Position numbers and translations under genes: made by a program. From Opitutia bacterium (GTDB lineage Bacteria; Verrucomicrobiota; Verrucomicrobiia; Opitutales; JANOBW01), in NCBI GenBank assembly GCA_031411855.1, contig JANOBW010000412.1, positions 1 through 55,297 of the forward strand: a DNA stretch of 55,297 nucleotides, given 5' to 3'. Positions 19,540-29,046 of this stretch are shown piece by piece. The notes under the pieces were generated by a model. The model was not told where the DNA came from, did not search any database, and saw only the letters and a list, made by a program, of their open reading frames with translations. Numbering within the stretch: the stretch's first letter is position 1; each line of letters starts with the position of its first letter.

Positions 19540-19803
19540 AGCGCGCCTTTGGCCGCAGGTCGTTCTCCCCAGCCGCAGAACCCGTCAGCCGGCCTTCCGC
19601 AGCGTGCGGGTCACCAGACGGTCCCGCGCGGCGTTCCGCTCCAGCTTCGCCGTCCAAAAGGTCTTCCGGCTCTTCGGCTTGCGCCCATGTTTTGGGCACC
19701 CGTGCCAGAAACAGCCGTCCACAAACACGGCCAATCTCTCCGGCCGGAAAACAAAATCCGACTTTCCATACAGCGGCTGCCCCGCGTCTTGCCTCGGCTC
19801 CAT
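19540..19803 (-). pseudogene. vsr: Very-short-patch-repair (Vsr) endonuclease remnant
   Basis: GKSDFVF..ERLAVFVDGCFWHGCPKH...FWTAKLERNAARD...LRKAG*RVLRLGENDL. The conserved GW is now a TGA (19585-19587), the WE is GE, and the N-terminus is missing. Confidence 0.85.
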
Positions 19804-19927
19804 CCTTCGTGCTCGAAAGAGTTCTGCTTCCAGTCAAATCCCTCATCACCAGTTTCCCCCTCTCGGATACCGCCTCCCCAATCGCTCATCCCAGATCACC
19901 GCCCCCCCCAACATCCATCCCTTTCCC

Positions 19928-21085
19928 ATGCCCGCCACCGCCACCCGGCTTAACGCCTTCACCGAATCCGTCATCCGCGGCATGAGCCGCCTGGCCAGCC
20001 GCCACGGGGCCATCAACCTGGCCCAGGGTTTCCCCGACTTCGACCCGCCCGAGGAGCTGCTCCGCGCCTTGGAAAAGGCCGCCCGCTCGCCCGTCCACCA
20101 ATATGCCGTCACTTGGGGCGCGCCCCGTTTCCGCGAGGCCCTGGCCCGGAAGATCACGCGTTTCAGCGGTGTGCCGGTGGACCCCGACCGCGAGCTGGTG
20201 GTGACCTGCGGCAGCACCGAGGCCATGATGGTGGCGATGATGACGGCCTGCAACCCGGGCGACAAGGTCATCGTGTTTTCCCCCTTCTATGAAAACTACG
20301 CGGCCGACGCCATCCTCTCCGGAGCCGAGCCCATCTACGTGCCGCTGCGGCCGCCCCATTTTGGCTACGATCCGGACGAACTCCGCCGCGCCTTTGCCCA
20401 AAAGCCCAAGGCCATCGTCGTCTGCAACCCCTCCAACCCCACCGGCAAGGTGTTTACCCGCAAGGAGTTGGAGGAAATCATAAAACTGGCCGAGGAGCGC
20501 GACGCCTTTGTCCTGATGGACGAACCCTACGAGCACATCGTTTACGCGCCGCACGGGCACACCTACGCCGCGGCGCTGCCGGGCGCGGCCTCCCGGGTCA
20601 TCACCTGCAACTCCCTGTCCAAGACTTACTCGATCACCGGCTGGCGTCTTGGCTATGTCCAGGCCGCCCCGGAGGTCATCGCCCAGGCGCGGAAGGTCCA
20701 CGACTTCCTCACCGTCGGCGCGGCCGCCCCGCTCCAGGAGGCCGCCGTGGCCGGCCTCGAACTGCCCGATTCCTACTACGCCGGGCTGCGCGACCTCTAC
20801 ACCCGCAAACGGGAACTCTTCCTCGGTCTCATCCAGAAAACCGGCCTCTCCTTCACCGAACCCCAGGGCGCCTATTACGTGATGGTGGACGTGTCTCCGC
20901 TCGGCTTCGCGACCGACACCGAAGCCGCCGAATGGCTCATCCGGGAGATCGGCGTGGCGGGCGTCCCGGGCTCCAGTTTCTTCCGCGAACCCGAGCACCG
21001 CTATGTGCGTTTCCACTTCGCCAAGAAGGAGGAGACGCTCCTCGCCGCCGGGGAAAAACTTGCGCGGCTGAAGGCGGGAAGATGA
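19928..21085 (+). CDS. PLP-dependent aminotransferase class I/II (YbdL/methionine-aminotransferase-like)
   Basis: AINLAQGFPDF, NPSNPTGK, DEPYEH and SLSKTYSITGWRLG (PLP lysine). The real start is ATG 19928, not the upstream extension of the ORF track. Confidence 0.92.
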   Translation: MPATATRLNAFTESVIRGMSRLASRHGAINLAQGFPDFDPPEELLRALEKAARSPVHQYAVTWGAPRFREALARKITRFSGVPVDPDRELVVTCGSTEAMMVAMMTACNPGDKVIVFSPFYENYAADAILSGAEPIYVPLRPPHFGYDPDELRRAFAQKPKAIVVCNPSNPTGKVFTRKELEEIIKLAEERDAFVLMDEPYEHIVYAPHGHTYAAALPGAASRVITCNSLSKTYSITGWRLGYVQAAPEVIAQARKVHDFLTVGAAAPLQEAAVAGLELPDSYYAGLRDLYTRKRELFLGLIQKTGLSFTEPQGAYYVMVDVSPLGFATDTEAAEWLIREIGVAGVPGSSFFREPEHRYVRFHFAKKEETLLAAGEKLARLKAGR

Positions 21086-21107
21086 CAGGGAACTCGTTCC
21101 AACGCAA

Positions 21108-21300
21108 GGTCTCGCACGAAGACACGAAGCCACAAAAATTTACTTAACAACAACTTATGTTTTCCTTCGTTTCCTTCCCACCCTTCGCGGGACAAACTGC
21201 CTTGGGACGTTTCGAAGCAGTTTGGTCCACGAATTTCACGCATTCACACGAATCAAAGGAGATACCTTGGCCCCGCTCCTTCGTGACTTCGTGCGAGGCC
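21108..21300. repeat. Inverted repeat of CACGAAG-type short repeats
   Basis: GGTCTCGCACGAAGACACGAAG (21108-21129) pairs with CTTCGTGACTTCGTGCGAGGCC (21279-21300) at 20/22. Related units lie inside. Confidence 0.7.
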
Positions 21301-21427
21301 CCAAAAACATCGAATCAGCCGACGAACACCGCTTCTTTCCGGGAGGTGAAGATAAATTACCGTCGCCGCACCGCCATTGAACACCTTGCTCTGGCACGAT
21401 GTCGCCACCATGTGTCAACCTTTGCCT

Positions 21428-23548
21428 ATGCGCTTCCTTTTCCTTTCCCTTCTGAGTCTCGCCGCCCTCTGCCTTCCCTCCCGCGCCCAGGTTGATGCCA
21501 CGGACCCCTTCGGCGGCTTCGGCGGTGCCGGCGACTCCAAACCCTACACGGTCACCATCCGGTCCGACCAGACCGCCATCGCCCCGGGCGGCGAGTTTAA
21601 CCTCGTTTTCAACTTTGCCTTCAAACCCGCCTGGCACGCCTACTGGATCAATCCCGGCTCCCCCACCGGCCTCCCCTTCAAGGCCACCTGGAAACTCCCC
21701 CCCGGCTTCACCGCCGGCCCCCTCGAGCAGCCCGATCCCCACCGCCTTAAAATTGGCAACCAGGATGCCTTTTACGGCTTCGAGGGCAGCTTTCCCGTGG
21801 CGGTCCATGTCAAGGCGCCGGCCGACCTCAAACCCGGTTCCAAAACTCCCCTGGAGGTGGAGCTCGGATGGCTCACCTGCGACGACCAAAGCTGCCTGCC
21901 CGGCTCCGCCTCGTTCAAACTGGAACTGCCCGTGGCGGCAGCAGCCACTCCCGATCCCGATGTCGCCAAGGAACTCGCCGCCTTCCGCGCCGCCCGCGCC
22001 CAACTCCCCGGCGAGGCCTGGAAAATCTCCGGCCTGCGGACGGGGGAAAACGTCATTCTCACCCTCACCCCCGGCCCCGGCGCGGTGGCCGAGCTTAAGG
22101 GCGCGCGTTACCTCAGCGCCGATCCCACCGTGTTTGCCGAGCCCGAGCAGAAGCTGGCCAAAAACGCCGACGGGGCCTACACGCTGACCGCCCCGCTGAG
22201 CGAGGACGGCAAGGAGAAGTTTAACGGCATCAACGGCTTGCTCTTTGCCGAGAGCGGCTGGACCGCCGGCAAAACCGCCAAGTTCATCGCCATTCCCGAG
22301 GGCGGGGAAGCCGGCGGCCCCGCCCCGGCCGAGCCCCCCCTGAGCTTTGGCCTCGTCTTCGCCGCGCTGCTGGGCGGCCTGATCCTTAACATCATGCCCT
22401 GCGTCTTCCCCGTCATCGGGATCAAGGTCCTGGGCATCGTGGAGCAGGCCGGTTCCAGCCGCAAAAAAGTCCTGGCCCACGGACTGAGTTTCACCGCCGG
22501 CGTCCTCGTCACCTTTTGGGTCCTGGCCGGACTCCTCATCTTTCTCAAGTCCGGCGGCGAGAAGGTCGGCTGGGGTTTCCAGATGCAGAACCCCGTCTTT
22601 GTTTACCTCATGACGGTCTTCGTTCTCGTCTTCGCCCTGAACCTGAGCGGCCTCTTTGAGATCGGGCAGTCCCTCACCGGCGTCGGCCAGGAGGCCCAGT
22701 CCCAAAGCGGCCTGAAGGGCTCCTTCATGAGCGGCCTCTTCGCCACCGTCGTGGCCACGCCCTGCTCCGCCCCCTTCCTCGGAGCGGCCCTCACCGCCGC
22801 CACCACCATGGGCACGGTCAACTCCTTCCTCATGTTCACCTTCATCGGGTTGGGACTTTCCGCCCCCTACCTGCTGCTCGGCCTGTTTCCCCAGATGGTT
22901 GATCTGCTGCCGCGCCCCGGAGCCTGGATGGAAACCTTCAAGAAACTCATGGCCTTCCCGCTCTACGCCACCGCCGCCTACCTGGTCTGGGTGCTGGGCG
23001 GGCTGACCGAGTCCCTCAGCCAGCTTTTTGGCATGATGTCCCTCTGCCTCATCGCCCTCGGCGCCTTTGTTTACGGCCACTGGTGCGCCCCGCACCTGCC
23101 CTCCGCCACGCGCCGCAAAGGCATCGCCGCCACCGCCGTCCTGGCGGGTGTCTCCCTCTTCATCGGCTGGCCCGAAAAGCCCGGCAACCTCTGGGAACAC
23201 TGGACCAAGGCCGTGGAGCGGGAGCAGCGCGCCGAACACGCCGTCTATGTGGACTTCACCGCCAAATGGTGCGTCACCTGCCAGACCAACAAGGCCGTGG
23301 CCTACAGCGCCGAGGTCAAACGCGTCGCGAAACAAAAGGGCATCGTTTTCCTGAAGGCCGACTGGACCAACTACGACCCCGAGATCACCAAGGAACTGAG
23401 CCGCCTCGGAGAATCCGCCATCCCGGTCAACGTCCTCTACGTCCCCGGCCAGGACCAACCCTTCGTCTTCGGCAAGTTGCTGACCCCGGGGACTTTGCTG
23501 GAGCAGTTTAACCAACTGCCCGACGCCAAGGCCGAGGCCGCGAAGTGA
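21428..23548 (+). CDS. dsbD: Thiol:disulfide interchange protein DsbD family
   Basis: Signal peptide; WHAYWINPG and CDDQSC N-domain; TM domain with MPCVFP and ATPCSAP, PRPGAWM; thioredoxin DFTAKWCVTC. Confidence 0.9.
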   Translation: MRFLFLSLLSLAALCLPSRAQVDATDPFGGFGGAGDSKPYTVTIRSDQTAIAPGGEFNLVFNFAFKPAWHAYWINPGSPTGLPFKATWKLPPGFTAGPLEQPDPHRLKIGNQDAFYGFEGSFPVAVHVKAPADLKPGSKTPLEVELGWLTCDDQSCLPGSASFKLELPVAAAATPDPDVAKELAAFRAARAQLPGEAWKISGLRTGENVILTLTPGPGAVAELKGARYLSADPTVFAEPEQKLAKNADGAYTLTAPLSEDGKEKFNGINGLLFAESGWTAGKTAKFIAIPEGGEAGGPAPAEPPLSFGLVFAALLGGLILNIMPCVFPVIGIKVLGIVEQAGSSRKKVLAHGLSFTAGVLVTFWVLAGLLIFLKSGGEKVGWGFQMQNPVFVYLMTVFVLVFALNLSGLFEIGQSLTGVGQEAQSQSGLKGSFMSGLFATVVATPCSAPFLGAALTAATTMGTVNSFLMFTFIGLGLSAPYLLLGLFPQMVDLLPRPGAWMETFKKLMAFPLYATAAYLVWVLGGLTESLSQLFGMMSLCLIALGAFVYGHWCAPHLPSATRRKGIAATAVLAGVSLFIGWPEKPGNLWEHWTKAVEREQRAEHAVYVDFTAKWCVTCQTNKAVAYSAEVKRVAKQKGIVFLKADWTNYDPEITKELSRLGESAIPVNVLYVPGQDQPFVFGKLLTPGTLLEQFNQLPDAKAEAAK

Positions 23549-23557
23549 CACGGCTTG

Positions 23558-23711
23558 CAGCCATTCCGGTCTGTTTTTTTAACTTTAGACGCCTTGCCCC
23601 TTTGGTTCTGCCGCCCCTCCATGGCGGAGGGACAGGTTTCCGGCAACCCCCCGGAGGCGGTGCCAGAAAAGTCGGCAGCGAAAGCGTCTAAAAGCTAGGC
23701 ACCCTTGGTAT
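23558..23711. mobile_element. MITE-like repeat, internally deleted copy
   Basis: CCATTCCGGTCTGTTTTTTTAACTTTAG...CTGCCGCCCCTCC...CCGGAGGCGGTGCCAG...CAGCGAAAG...TGGTAT matches both ends of 39628-39850 but lacks ~70 bp of the centre. Confidence 0.7.
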
Positions 23712-23750
23712 CACCAGGGCTTTATGGTGAATAGGCATGATCTCCATTTG

Positions 23751-23827
23751 TCACACGAAGCCACGAAAACACGAAGAAAAGGCAGGACCGTTCGATGCGT
23801 TGATTCCATCTTCGTGCCTTCGTGTGA
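23751..23827. repeat. CACGAAG-type inverted repeat
   Basis: TCACACGAAGCCACGAA / TTCGTGCCTTCGTGTGA (16/17); same unit family as 21108-21300; lies between convergent genes. Confidence 0.7.
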
Positions 23828-23984
23828 AAACCTGCTTCGGAAACGCTGAACCGAAGCGAAGGATTCGACGGATTTGAGTTTCACAAAAAGCTAAATGACA
23901 CCGCTTAAAACGCCTCGAAGCGATTAAACCCATCGCGCCGATCTTGGCACGGCAGGGCCACCTTTCCCCTGGGCCGGGGGCCGC

Positions 23985-24716
23985 TCAGCGAAGCGGGTTT
24001 TCCGGGTTATTGGGGACGGGCGGGGACGGGGGCGGCGGGTTGCCTCCCGGGGGAGGGGGCGAGCCGGGAGTTTGCGGACGGCGGGGCCGGTCGCCGCGGG
24101 GGCGGCTCGGGTCGTCGCCGGGCTTAACGACGGGTTTGCCATCGGGGCCTTTGTCCGGGCCGCCTTCCTTGCCGTCCTTGTCGCCGTGGCGTGGTTTGTA
24201 GCCGTCGCCATAGTCGCGCATGCGTTCGCGGGCCTTGGCCATGACTTCCTCGAGGATTTTCTTTTTCTCCTCCGGGGTGGCGGCCTGGTATTTGTCGAGA
24301 AGCTCCTTGCGGCGGTCCTCAGGCATCCAGCGGAGGGAGTTGGAGATGAAGAAACGTTCGCGGGCGGGGAGCTGGTCCCATTCGGGGCCGAGTTTGCCGG
24401 CGTATTCGTCGGGGGGGAGTTCCTTGCGGAGCTGCTCGACCTTGGCGCGGAGTTCGGCGCGCTGCTCCGGGGTCATCTTTTCCAGTTTTTCAAGGGTCTG
24501 GCGGATTTCGCCGAGGCGCTCGGGAGGAAGGGAAAGGAAGCGGTGGAGGATGAGGAGCTCCTCAAACTCCTGGGGGTTGCGGGCGGGGCGGGGGGAGCCG
24601 TTGAGGGCATCGGTCGTGGCGGAGCTGGCCGAAGGGGCGGCGGGCGGAGTCTGCTGGGCATGGGCGGCCCCCGCCAGGGTGGCGGCAAGAAGGAGGAGCG
24701 GGGCGGAGAGGCGCAT
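23985..24716 (-). CDS. Exported helical protein, DUF3106-like, Pro-rich tail
   Basis: Signal peptide MRLSAPLLLLAATLAGAAHA; repeated 'LPPER / MTPEQR / WDQLPARER / MPEDRR / TPEEK' helices; third gene of the ECF operon. Confidence 0.7.
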   Translation of the reverse strand: MRLSAPLLLLAATLAGAAHAQQTPPAAPSASSATTDALNGSPRPARNPQEFEELLILHRFLSLPPERLGEIRQTLEKLEKMTPEQRAELRAKVEQLRKELPPDEYAGKLGPEWDQLPARERFFISNSLRWMPEDRRKELLDKYQAATPEEKKKILEEVMAKARERMRDYGDGYKPRHGDKDGKEGGPDKGPDGKPVVKPGDDPSRPRGDRPRRPQTPGSPPPPGGNPPPPSPPVPNNPENPLR

Positions 24717-24794
24717 GGAGAAGGGGATTTCAGATTTCAAATTTCAGAGGCCCGGGAAGGATGCGGACGGGGACCGCGGACATCCTCTTGGGGC

Positions 24795-25379
24795 TCAGAT
24801 GCCGTGGTCGGAGGAGAGGACGGCGAGGAGCTCCATGCTGTCGTCGTCGAGGAGCATGCCGGCGTCGCTCAGGCCGCTGGCGAGCGAGAGGGCGTGGTCG
24901 GTGGCGGCATCGGGCACGAAGCTGGAGTCGGCGGAGGGGAGGGCGGGGCGGGTGGCGGCGACGGGGCCTTCCTGCCTGGGGACGACGGTGGCGAAGGTGA
25001 GGACGAGGGCGGCGGCGAGGCCGGCGACGGAGGCGATCCAACGCTGGCGGTGGGTGGGGGCGGAGTCCGCGCGGACGCGGCCCAGGGTCTTATCGGTGAA
25101 GGCGGCGGCGGCGGCGACAGGTTGGGCGGCGGCCAGCTCATCAATCCGTTGGTCGGCAGGGGTGGCGGCGAGGCGGGCGAGGGTTTCCTCGGTGAAGCGG
25201 GCGGAGGCGGCCACGGGGCGGGCGGAAAGGAGGGTGTCGAGGTGTTCGTCGGCGTCGCGTTCGGCGGCGCGGAGGCGGGCGAGGGTGCGGTCGGCGAAGG
25301 AGGCGTTGGCGCGGAGGGGCCGGCCGGCCAGGAGGGCGTCGAGAAGGGGGGAGTCGGCGTTGTTATCGGGTGGGTTCAC
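24795..25379 (-). CDS. Probable single-TM anti-sigma factor
   Basis: GTG start overlaps the sigma stop (GTGA). Cytoplasmic part has three LDxLLxxxP...FxxxTLxRL repeats, then a TM helix (WIASVAGLAAALVLTF). Confidence 0.7.
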   Translation of the reverse strand: MNPPDNNADSPLLDALLAGRPLRANASFADRTLARLRAAERDADEHLDTLLSARPVAASARFTEETLARLAATPADQRIDELAAAQPVAAAAAFTDKTLGRVRADSAPTHRQRWIASVAGLAAALVLTFATVVPRQEGPVAATRPALPSADSSFVPDAATDHALSLASGLSDAGMLLDDDSMELLAVLSSDHGI

Positions 25380-25942
25380 AGGAGTTCTTTGAGTTGGGTT
25401 TTGAGTTCGGCCCGGGCCCGGAAGATCCAGGTTTTGACGGAGGATTCGGTGGTTTCCATGGCCTTGGCGATTTCCGCGTAGCTGAGCTCCTGCTGTTTGA
25501 AGAGGAGGAGGGCGGTGCGGTGGTTTTCGGGAAGTTTGTCGAGGGCGAGGGCGAAGGCCTCCTCGATTTCGCTGACCTCGCGGGAGGAGGAGTCGTCGGT
25601 GGAGGCCTGAAGGTCGGACGGGTCCACGTGGTCGAGGGGGCGGCGGGAGGTTTTGCGGTATTCGTTGATGAGCAACCGGCGGGCCACGTGGAAGAGGAAG
25701 GTGGAGAAGCGCGCGGTGGGCTCGTAGGTGGCGGCCGCCCGGTTGATCTTGATGAAGGTGAGCTGGGCGAGGTCCTCGGCCTGGCCGTAGTCGCGGGTGG
25801 AGCGGTAGAAAAAGTTCAGCAGCGGGTTTTTCCATCGCTCGATGAGCATGCGCAGGGCGGGCTCGCTGCCGGCCTTGACGCTGAGCATGAGGTCGGCGTC
25901 GGAGTCAGGCTCGGTCGCAGGGGAGCGGACTGGAGTTTCCAT
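25376..25942 (-). CDS. ECF-family RNA polymerase sigma-70 factor
   Basis: Region 2 (AEDLAQLTFIKI...FSTFLFHVARRLLIN) and region 4 (LDKLPENHRTALLL...SYAEIAKAM...SVKTWIFRAR). An alternative GTG start exists at 25969. Confidence 0.93.
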   Translation of the reverse strand: METPVRSPATEPDSDADLMLSVKAGSEPALRMLIERWKNPLLNFFYRSTRDYGQAEDLAQLTFIKINRAAATYEPTARFSTFLFHVARRLLINEYRKTSRRPLDHVDPSDLQASTDDSSSREVSEIEEAFALALDKLPENHRTALLLFKQQELSYAEIAKAMETTESSVKTWIFRARAELKTQLKELL

Positions 25943-25977
25943 GGAAGGGATGGCCTGGAGGGCGTTCACATGTGGGG

Positions 25978-26004
25978 AAACGCCTAGAGGGAAAGAAAGT
26001 TGCC
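25978..26004 (-). promoter_or_regulatory. Putative ECF-type (autoregulatory) promoter
   Basis: Minus strand reads GGCAAC-N16-CGTTT, the canonical AAC(-35)/CGT(-10) ECF spacing, directly upstream of the sigma gene. Confidence 0.6.
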
Positions 26005-26009
26005 GGAAA

Positions 26010-26155
26010 AAAGCCCCAAATCCCAATCACCAATACCCAAAGAAGCTTCAATCTTTAACCACCAAGCTTCAAGAAGCCCCTCCATGAAGTTTGAGGCTTG
26101 GATATTCTTTGGTGCTTGGTGATTGGGATTTGGGGCTTTCGCGAAGCGCTTCGCG
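26010..26155. repeat. Heptamer-built long hairpin (possible terminator/REP-like element)
   Basis: Perfect 24-bp inverted repeat AAAGCCCCAAATCCCAATCACCAA (26010-26033) / 26116-26139, plus an adjacent palindrome CGCGAAGCGCTTCGCG. Confidence 0.8.
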
Positions 26156-26164
26156 CCTTCGCCT

Positions 26165-27205
26165 TCATTCCCCGAAGAGGAAGTTCTGCTTGGGCATCTG
26201 CGGCGCGGGGGCGGGGTCGTCCTTGTGCAAATGGCGGGGCGGGCCGGAGACGCGGCGGGCGAGGTAGAGCTCCTGCTCGTGGACGACGCGGTCGCAGATC
26301 TCCTGGACGTGCATGCGCATCCACATGTGGGAGCTGGAGGCGGGGGTGTAGTTGGCCGGGCCGTAGGCGTGGATGCGGCCGGTCTGGAGCATGAGGTCGT
26401 TCTGGCGGAATTCGGCCGGGTTGGAGGGATCGTAAACGGCGAAGGCCTTGCCGCCGCCCTTGCGGACGACGGAGAAGACGGGGACATCGCTGGGGCCGTC
26501 GGCGATGTAGATCATGTTGCGGAAGGGCACGCGGCGGTCGTCGGCGTGGACCTTGGCGTTGACGTCCACCTCGGGGTTTTTGTTGGTCCCTTTGTTGATC
26601 TCAAACACACAGCGGGTCTTGGAGGTGTTGTCTATGGCGATGCCGATCTGAGCGACCTCGGGGTTGGCCTCGACGGCGAGTTCGGGCTGGGTCGAGAAGA
26701 AGGGCGGGAGCGGGTTTTCGATCAGTTCGCAGCCGTAGATGTTTTCCACAAACGGGGCGATGGCGGAGCCGTGGATCATCTCGGCCAGGCCGGTGCTGAC
26801 GACATAGTGCTCCAGTTTGAGGCCGTGGCGGACGTATTCGGGGCGGGACAGGGGGATGTTGCGCAGCTCCTCGAAGAAGGCGGGCAGGCCGGGGTAGAAC
26901 TTCAACTCGGCCCCGAGCTTGCGCAGGAGCGCGTTGGAAAGCCCCTTCATCGGGCCGCCTTTGACATAGCTCAGGAGGTGGTTGAGGTAGATGGTGTCGC
27001 GGTGGACCTTCTGCCCGCGGGCGGCGTAGAGGCCGGGCAGGGCGTTGACCTCGTTCCAGAAACGTTTCTCGTCCACGTTGAAATGCCGGAAAAGCGGCGA
27101 CTGCATGTAGCCGGCGATGAGGGTCTTGTCGAAATCCCAGATGCAGGCCACGATCTGCTGGGAGTGGAGTTTGGTGGCGGCATCACTGACGATCGGGCTG
27201 GGCAT
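26165..27205 (-). CDS. HAD-superfamily hydrolase
   Basis: Motif I WDFDKTL, motif II VVSTG, motif III K (NTSKT), motif [10 protein letters not shown]. Confidence 0.87.
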   Translation of the reverse strand: MPSPIVSDAATKLHSQQIVACIWDFDKTLIAGYMQSPLFRHFNVDEKRFWNEVNALPGLYAARGQKVHRDTIYLNHLLSYVKGGPMKGLSNALLRKLGAELKFYPGLPAFFEELRNIPLSRPEYVRHGLKLEHYVVSTGLAEMIHGSAIAPFVENIYGCELIENPLPPFFSTQPELAVEANPEVAQIGIAIDNTSKTRCVFEINKGTNKNPEVDVNAKVHADDRRVPFRNMIYIADGPSDVPVFSVVRKGGGKAFAVYDPSNPAEFRQNDLMLQTGRIHAYGPANYTPASSSHMWMRMHVQEICDRVVHEQELYLARRVSGPPRHLHKDDPAPAPQMPKQNFLFGE

Positions 27206-27300
27206 GGCGGAAAGGTGGAAAAAAGGAAAGGTTGTCCGGACGCGCCCCAGGCTCCACACAAAAAAGCAACACCCGCGCGTCCTCCGCGCCCCGCCCTCCC

Positions 27301-28410
27301 ATGACCGGCCTGCCCGATCCCGAACCCTTCCGAAAACGCCTGCGCGAGCTGGACGCCGCCCTGGCCGTGCCGGGCATCTACGCCGACGCCCGCAAGGCCG
27401 CCGAACTCAGCCGCGAGCACCAGCGCCTGACGAAACTCCTCGCCCTGGTGGACGCCGCCGACCGGGTGGAACGCGATCGTGTTGAGCAGGAGGAACTTCT
27501 GGCTCGTCCCGACGCCGACCCCGACCTCCGCGCGCTGGCCGAGGAGGAGGCGCCGCTGCTGGAGGCCAGGGCGGGCGAACTCCGCCGCGAGGCCCTGGCC
27601 ATGATGCTCCCGCCCGACCCCTCGGACGCCCGCAACACCATCATGGAAATCCGCGCCGGCACCGGGGGCGAGGAGGCGGCGCTGTTTGCCGCCCAGCTCT
27701 TCCGCCTCTACACCAAGTTTGCCGAGGCCAAGGGCTGGAAGGTGGAGGTCATCAGCCTGAGCGACGCCGACGCCGGCGGCTACAAGGAGGCGGTGTTTCT
27801 CGTCACCGGCCAGGATGTGCACAAGATCCTCAAATACGAAAGCGGGGTCCACCGGGTGCAGCGGGTCCCCGCCACGGAAAACAGCGGCCGCATCCACACC
27901 TCGACCGCCACGGTGGCCGTGCTCCCCGAGGCCGAGGAGGTGGACGTGCAGATCAACCCCGAGGACCTCGACCTGACCGTGGCGCGGGCCAGCGGCGCGG
28001 GCGGCCAGCACGTCAACAAGACGGAGTCGGCCGTGCAGATCATCCACAAACCGACCGGCATCCTCGTTTACTGCGCGGACGAACGCTCCCAGTTGAAGAA
28101 CAAGATGCAGGCCATGAAGGTGCTGCGCTCCCGGTTGTTGCAACGCAAACAGGACGAGGCCCAGGCCAGCTACGCCGCCCACCGCAAAAGCCAGATCGGC
28201 ACGGGCGACCGCTCCGAACGCATCCGCACCTACAACTTCCCCCAAAGCCGCCTGACGGACCACCGCATCGGCCTGACCCTCCACAGCCTCACCGCCGTGA
28301 TGGAAGGCGAGATTGACGACCTCCTCCTGAAACTCGCCGAGGCCGACCAAAGCGGCCGCCTGGAGGCTCTGGTCAAGGCCTTGGAGAAGGACGGCACGGC
28401 GACGGTGTGA
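27301..28410 (+). CDS. prfA: Peptide chain release factor 1
   Basis: [25 protein letters not shown] (PxT motif of RF1), [14 protein letters not shown] (GGQ), [14 protein letters not shown]. Confidence 0.97.
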   Translation: MTGLPDPEPFRKRLRELDAALAVPGIYADARKAAELSREHQRLTKLLALVDAADRVERDRVEQEELLARPDADPDLRALAEEEAPLLEARAGELRREALAMMLPPDPSDARNTIMEIRAGTGGEEAALFAAQLFRLYTKFAEAKGWKVEVISLSDADAGGYKEAVFLVTGQDVHKILKYESGVHRVQRVPATENSGRIHTSTATVAVLPEAEEVDVQINPEDLDLTVARASGAGGQHVNKTESAVQIIHKPTGILVYCADERSQLKNKMQAMKVLRSRLLQRKQDEAQASYAAHRKSQIGTGDRSERIRTYNFPQSRLTDHRIGLTLHSLTAVMEGEIDDLLLKLAEADQSGRLEALVKALEKDGTATV

Positions 28411-28605
28411 ACGGGGCTCGGATAAATGCCACGGCAGAAGGGGGTGAAAACAGGGGACTTTCCGGCATTCGCCGCCCCCCACGTTTTCATGAAAAACTCT
28501 CCCAACGGGGCATCCCGTCGCCGGCCACGCTTTCAGATTCGTCAGCGGCGACCGGTTTGCGGTGTTGAATCGCCCGCTTTTCCTGTCCTTTCTCCACCCT
28601 TTCCC

Positions 28606-28920
28606 ATGCAGTTCCCAAACGTCACCGCCCACGCTGTCGCCAACGTCTATTTCGACGGACGCGTCGTCTCCCACACCCTCATCTTCGCCGATGCCTCCAA
28701 AAAGACCCTCGGCCTGATCTATCCCGGCAAATACCACTTCGGCACCGCCGCCGCCGAACGCATGGAGATCACCTCCGGCGCCTGCCTCGTGCATCTCGAC
28801 GGCACCACCGGCGTCAGAGGTTACATCGCCGGCACCCACTTCGACGTCCCCGCCAACTCCGGCTTCACCATCGAGGTGTCCGAAGGTATCTGCCAATACG
28901 TCTGCTCGTTTCTGGCCTGA
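28606..28920 (+). CDS. ppnP: Pyrimidine/purine nucleoside phosphorylase (DUF1255)
   Basis: ANVYFDGRVVSH...KKTLGLIYPG.YHFGT...ERMEI..G...FDVPANSGF...QYVCSF; 104 aa. Confidence 0.92.
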   Translation: MQFPNVTAHAVANVYFDGRVVSHTLIFADASKKTLGLIYPGKYHFGTAAAERMEITSGACLVHLDGTTGVRGYIAGTHFDVPANSGFTIEVSEGICQYVCSFLA

Positions 28921-29046
28921 GGTTTGGGCCGGTCCGGCTTCTTCCGATTCGATCCCGGAAAACAAGGTCAGGCTCGCCGGGGCTCCCGATGGAGTGGGGG
29001 CCCCAGTTTTTAATCCTCAATTTTTAATCTTTAATTCTTTCCCCCC

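Noticed and set aside
19585-19587. TGA at a conserved Trp in vsr as evidence of genetic code 4
   Set aside because: TGA is the dominant true stop here, other genes use TGG, and the fragment has additional lesions.
19481-19927. 149-aa N-terminal extension of the aminotransferase in the ORF track
   Set aside because: It is the antisense of the vsr relic plus repeats; family similarity starts at ATG 19928.
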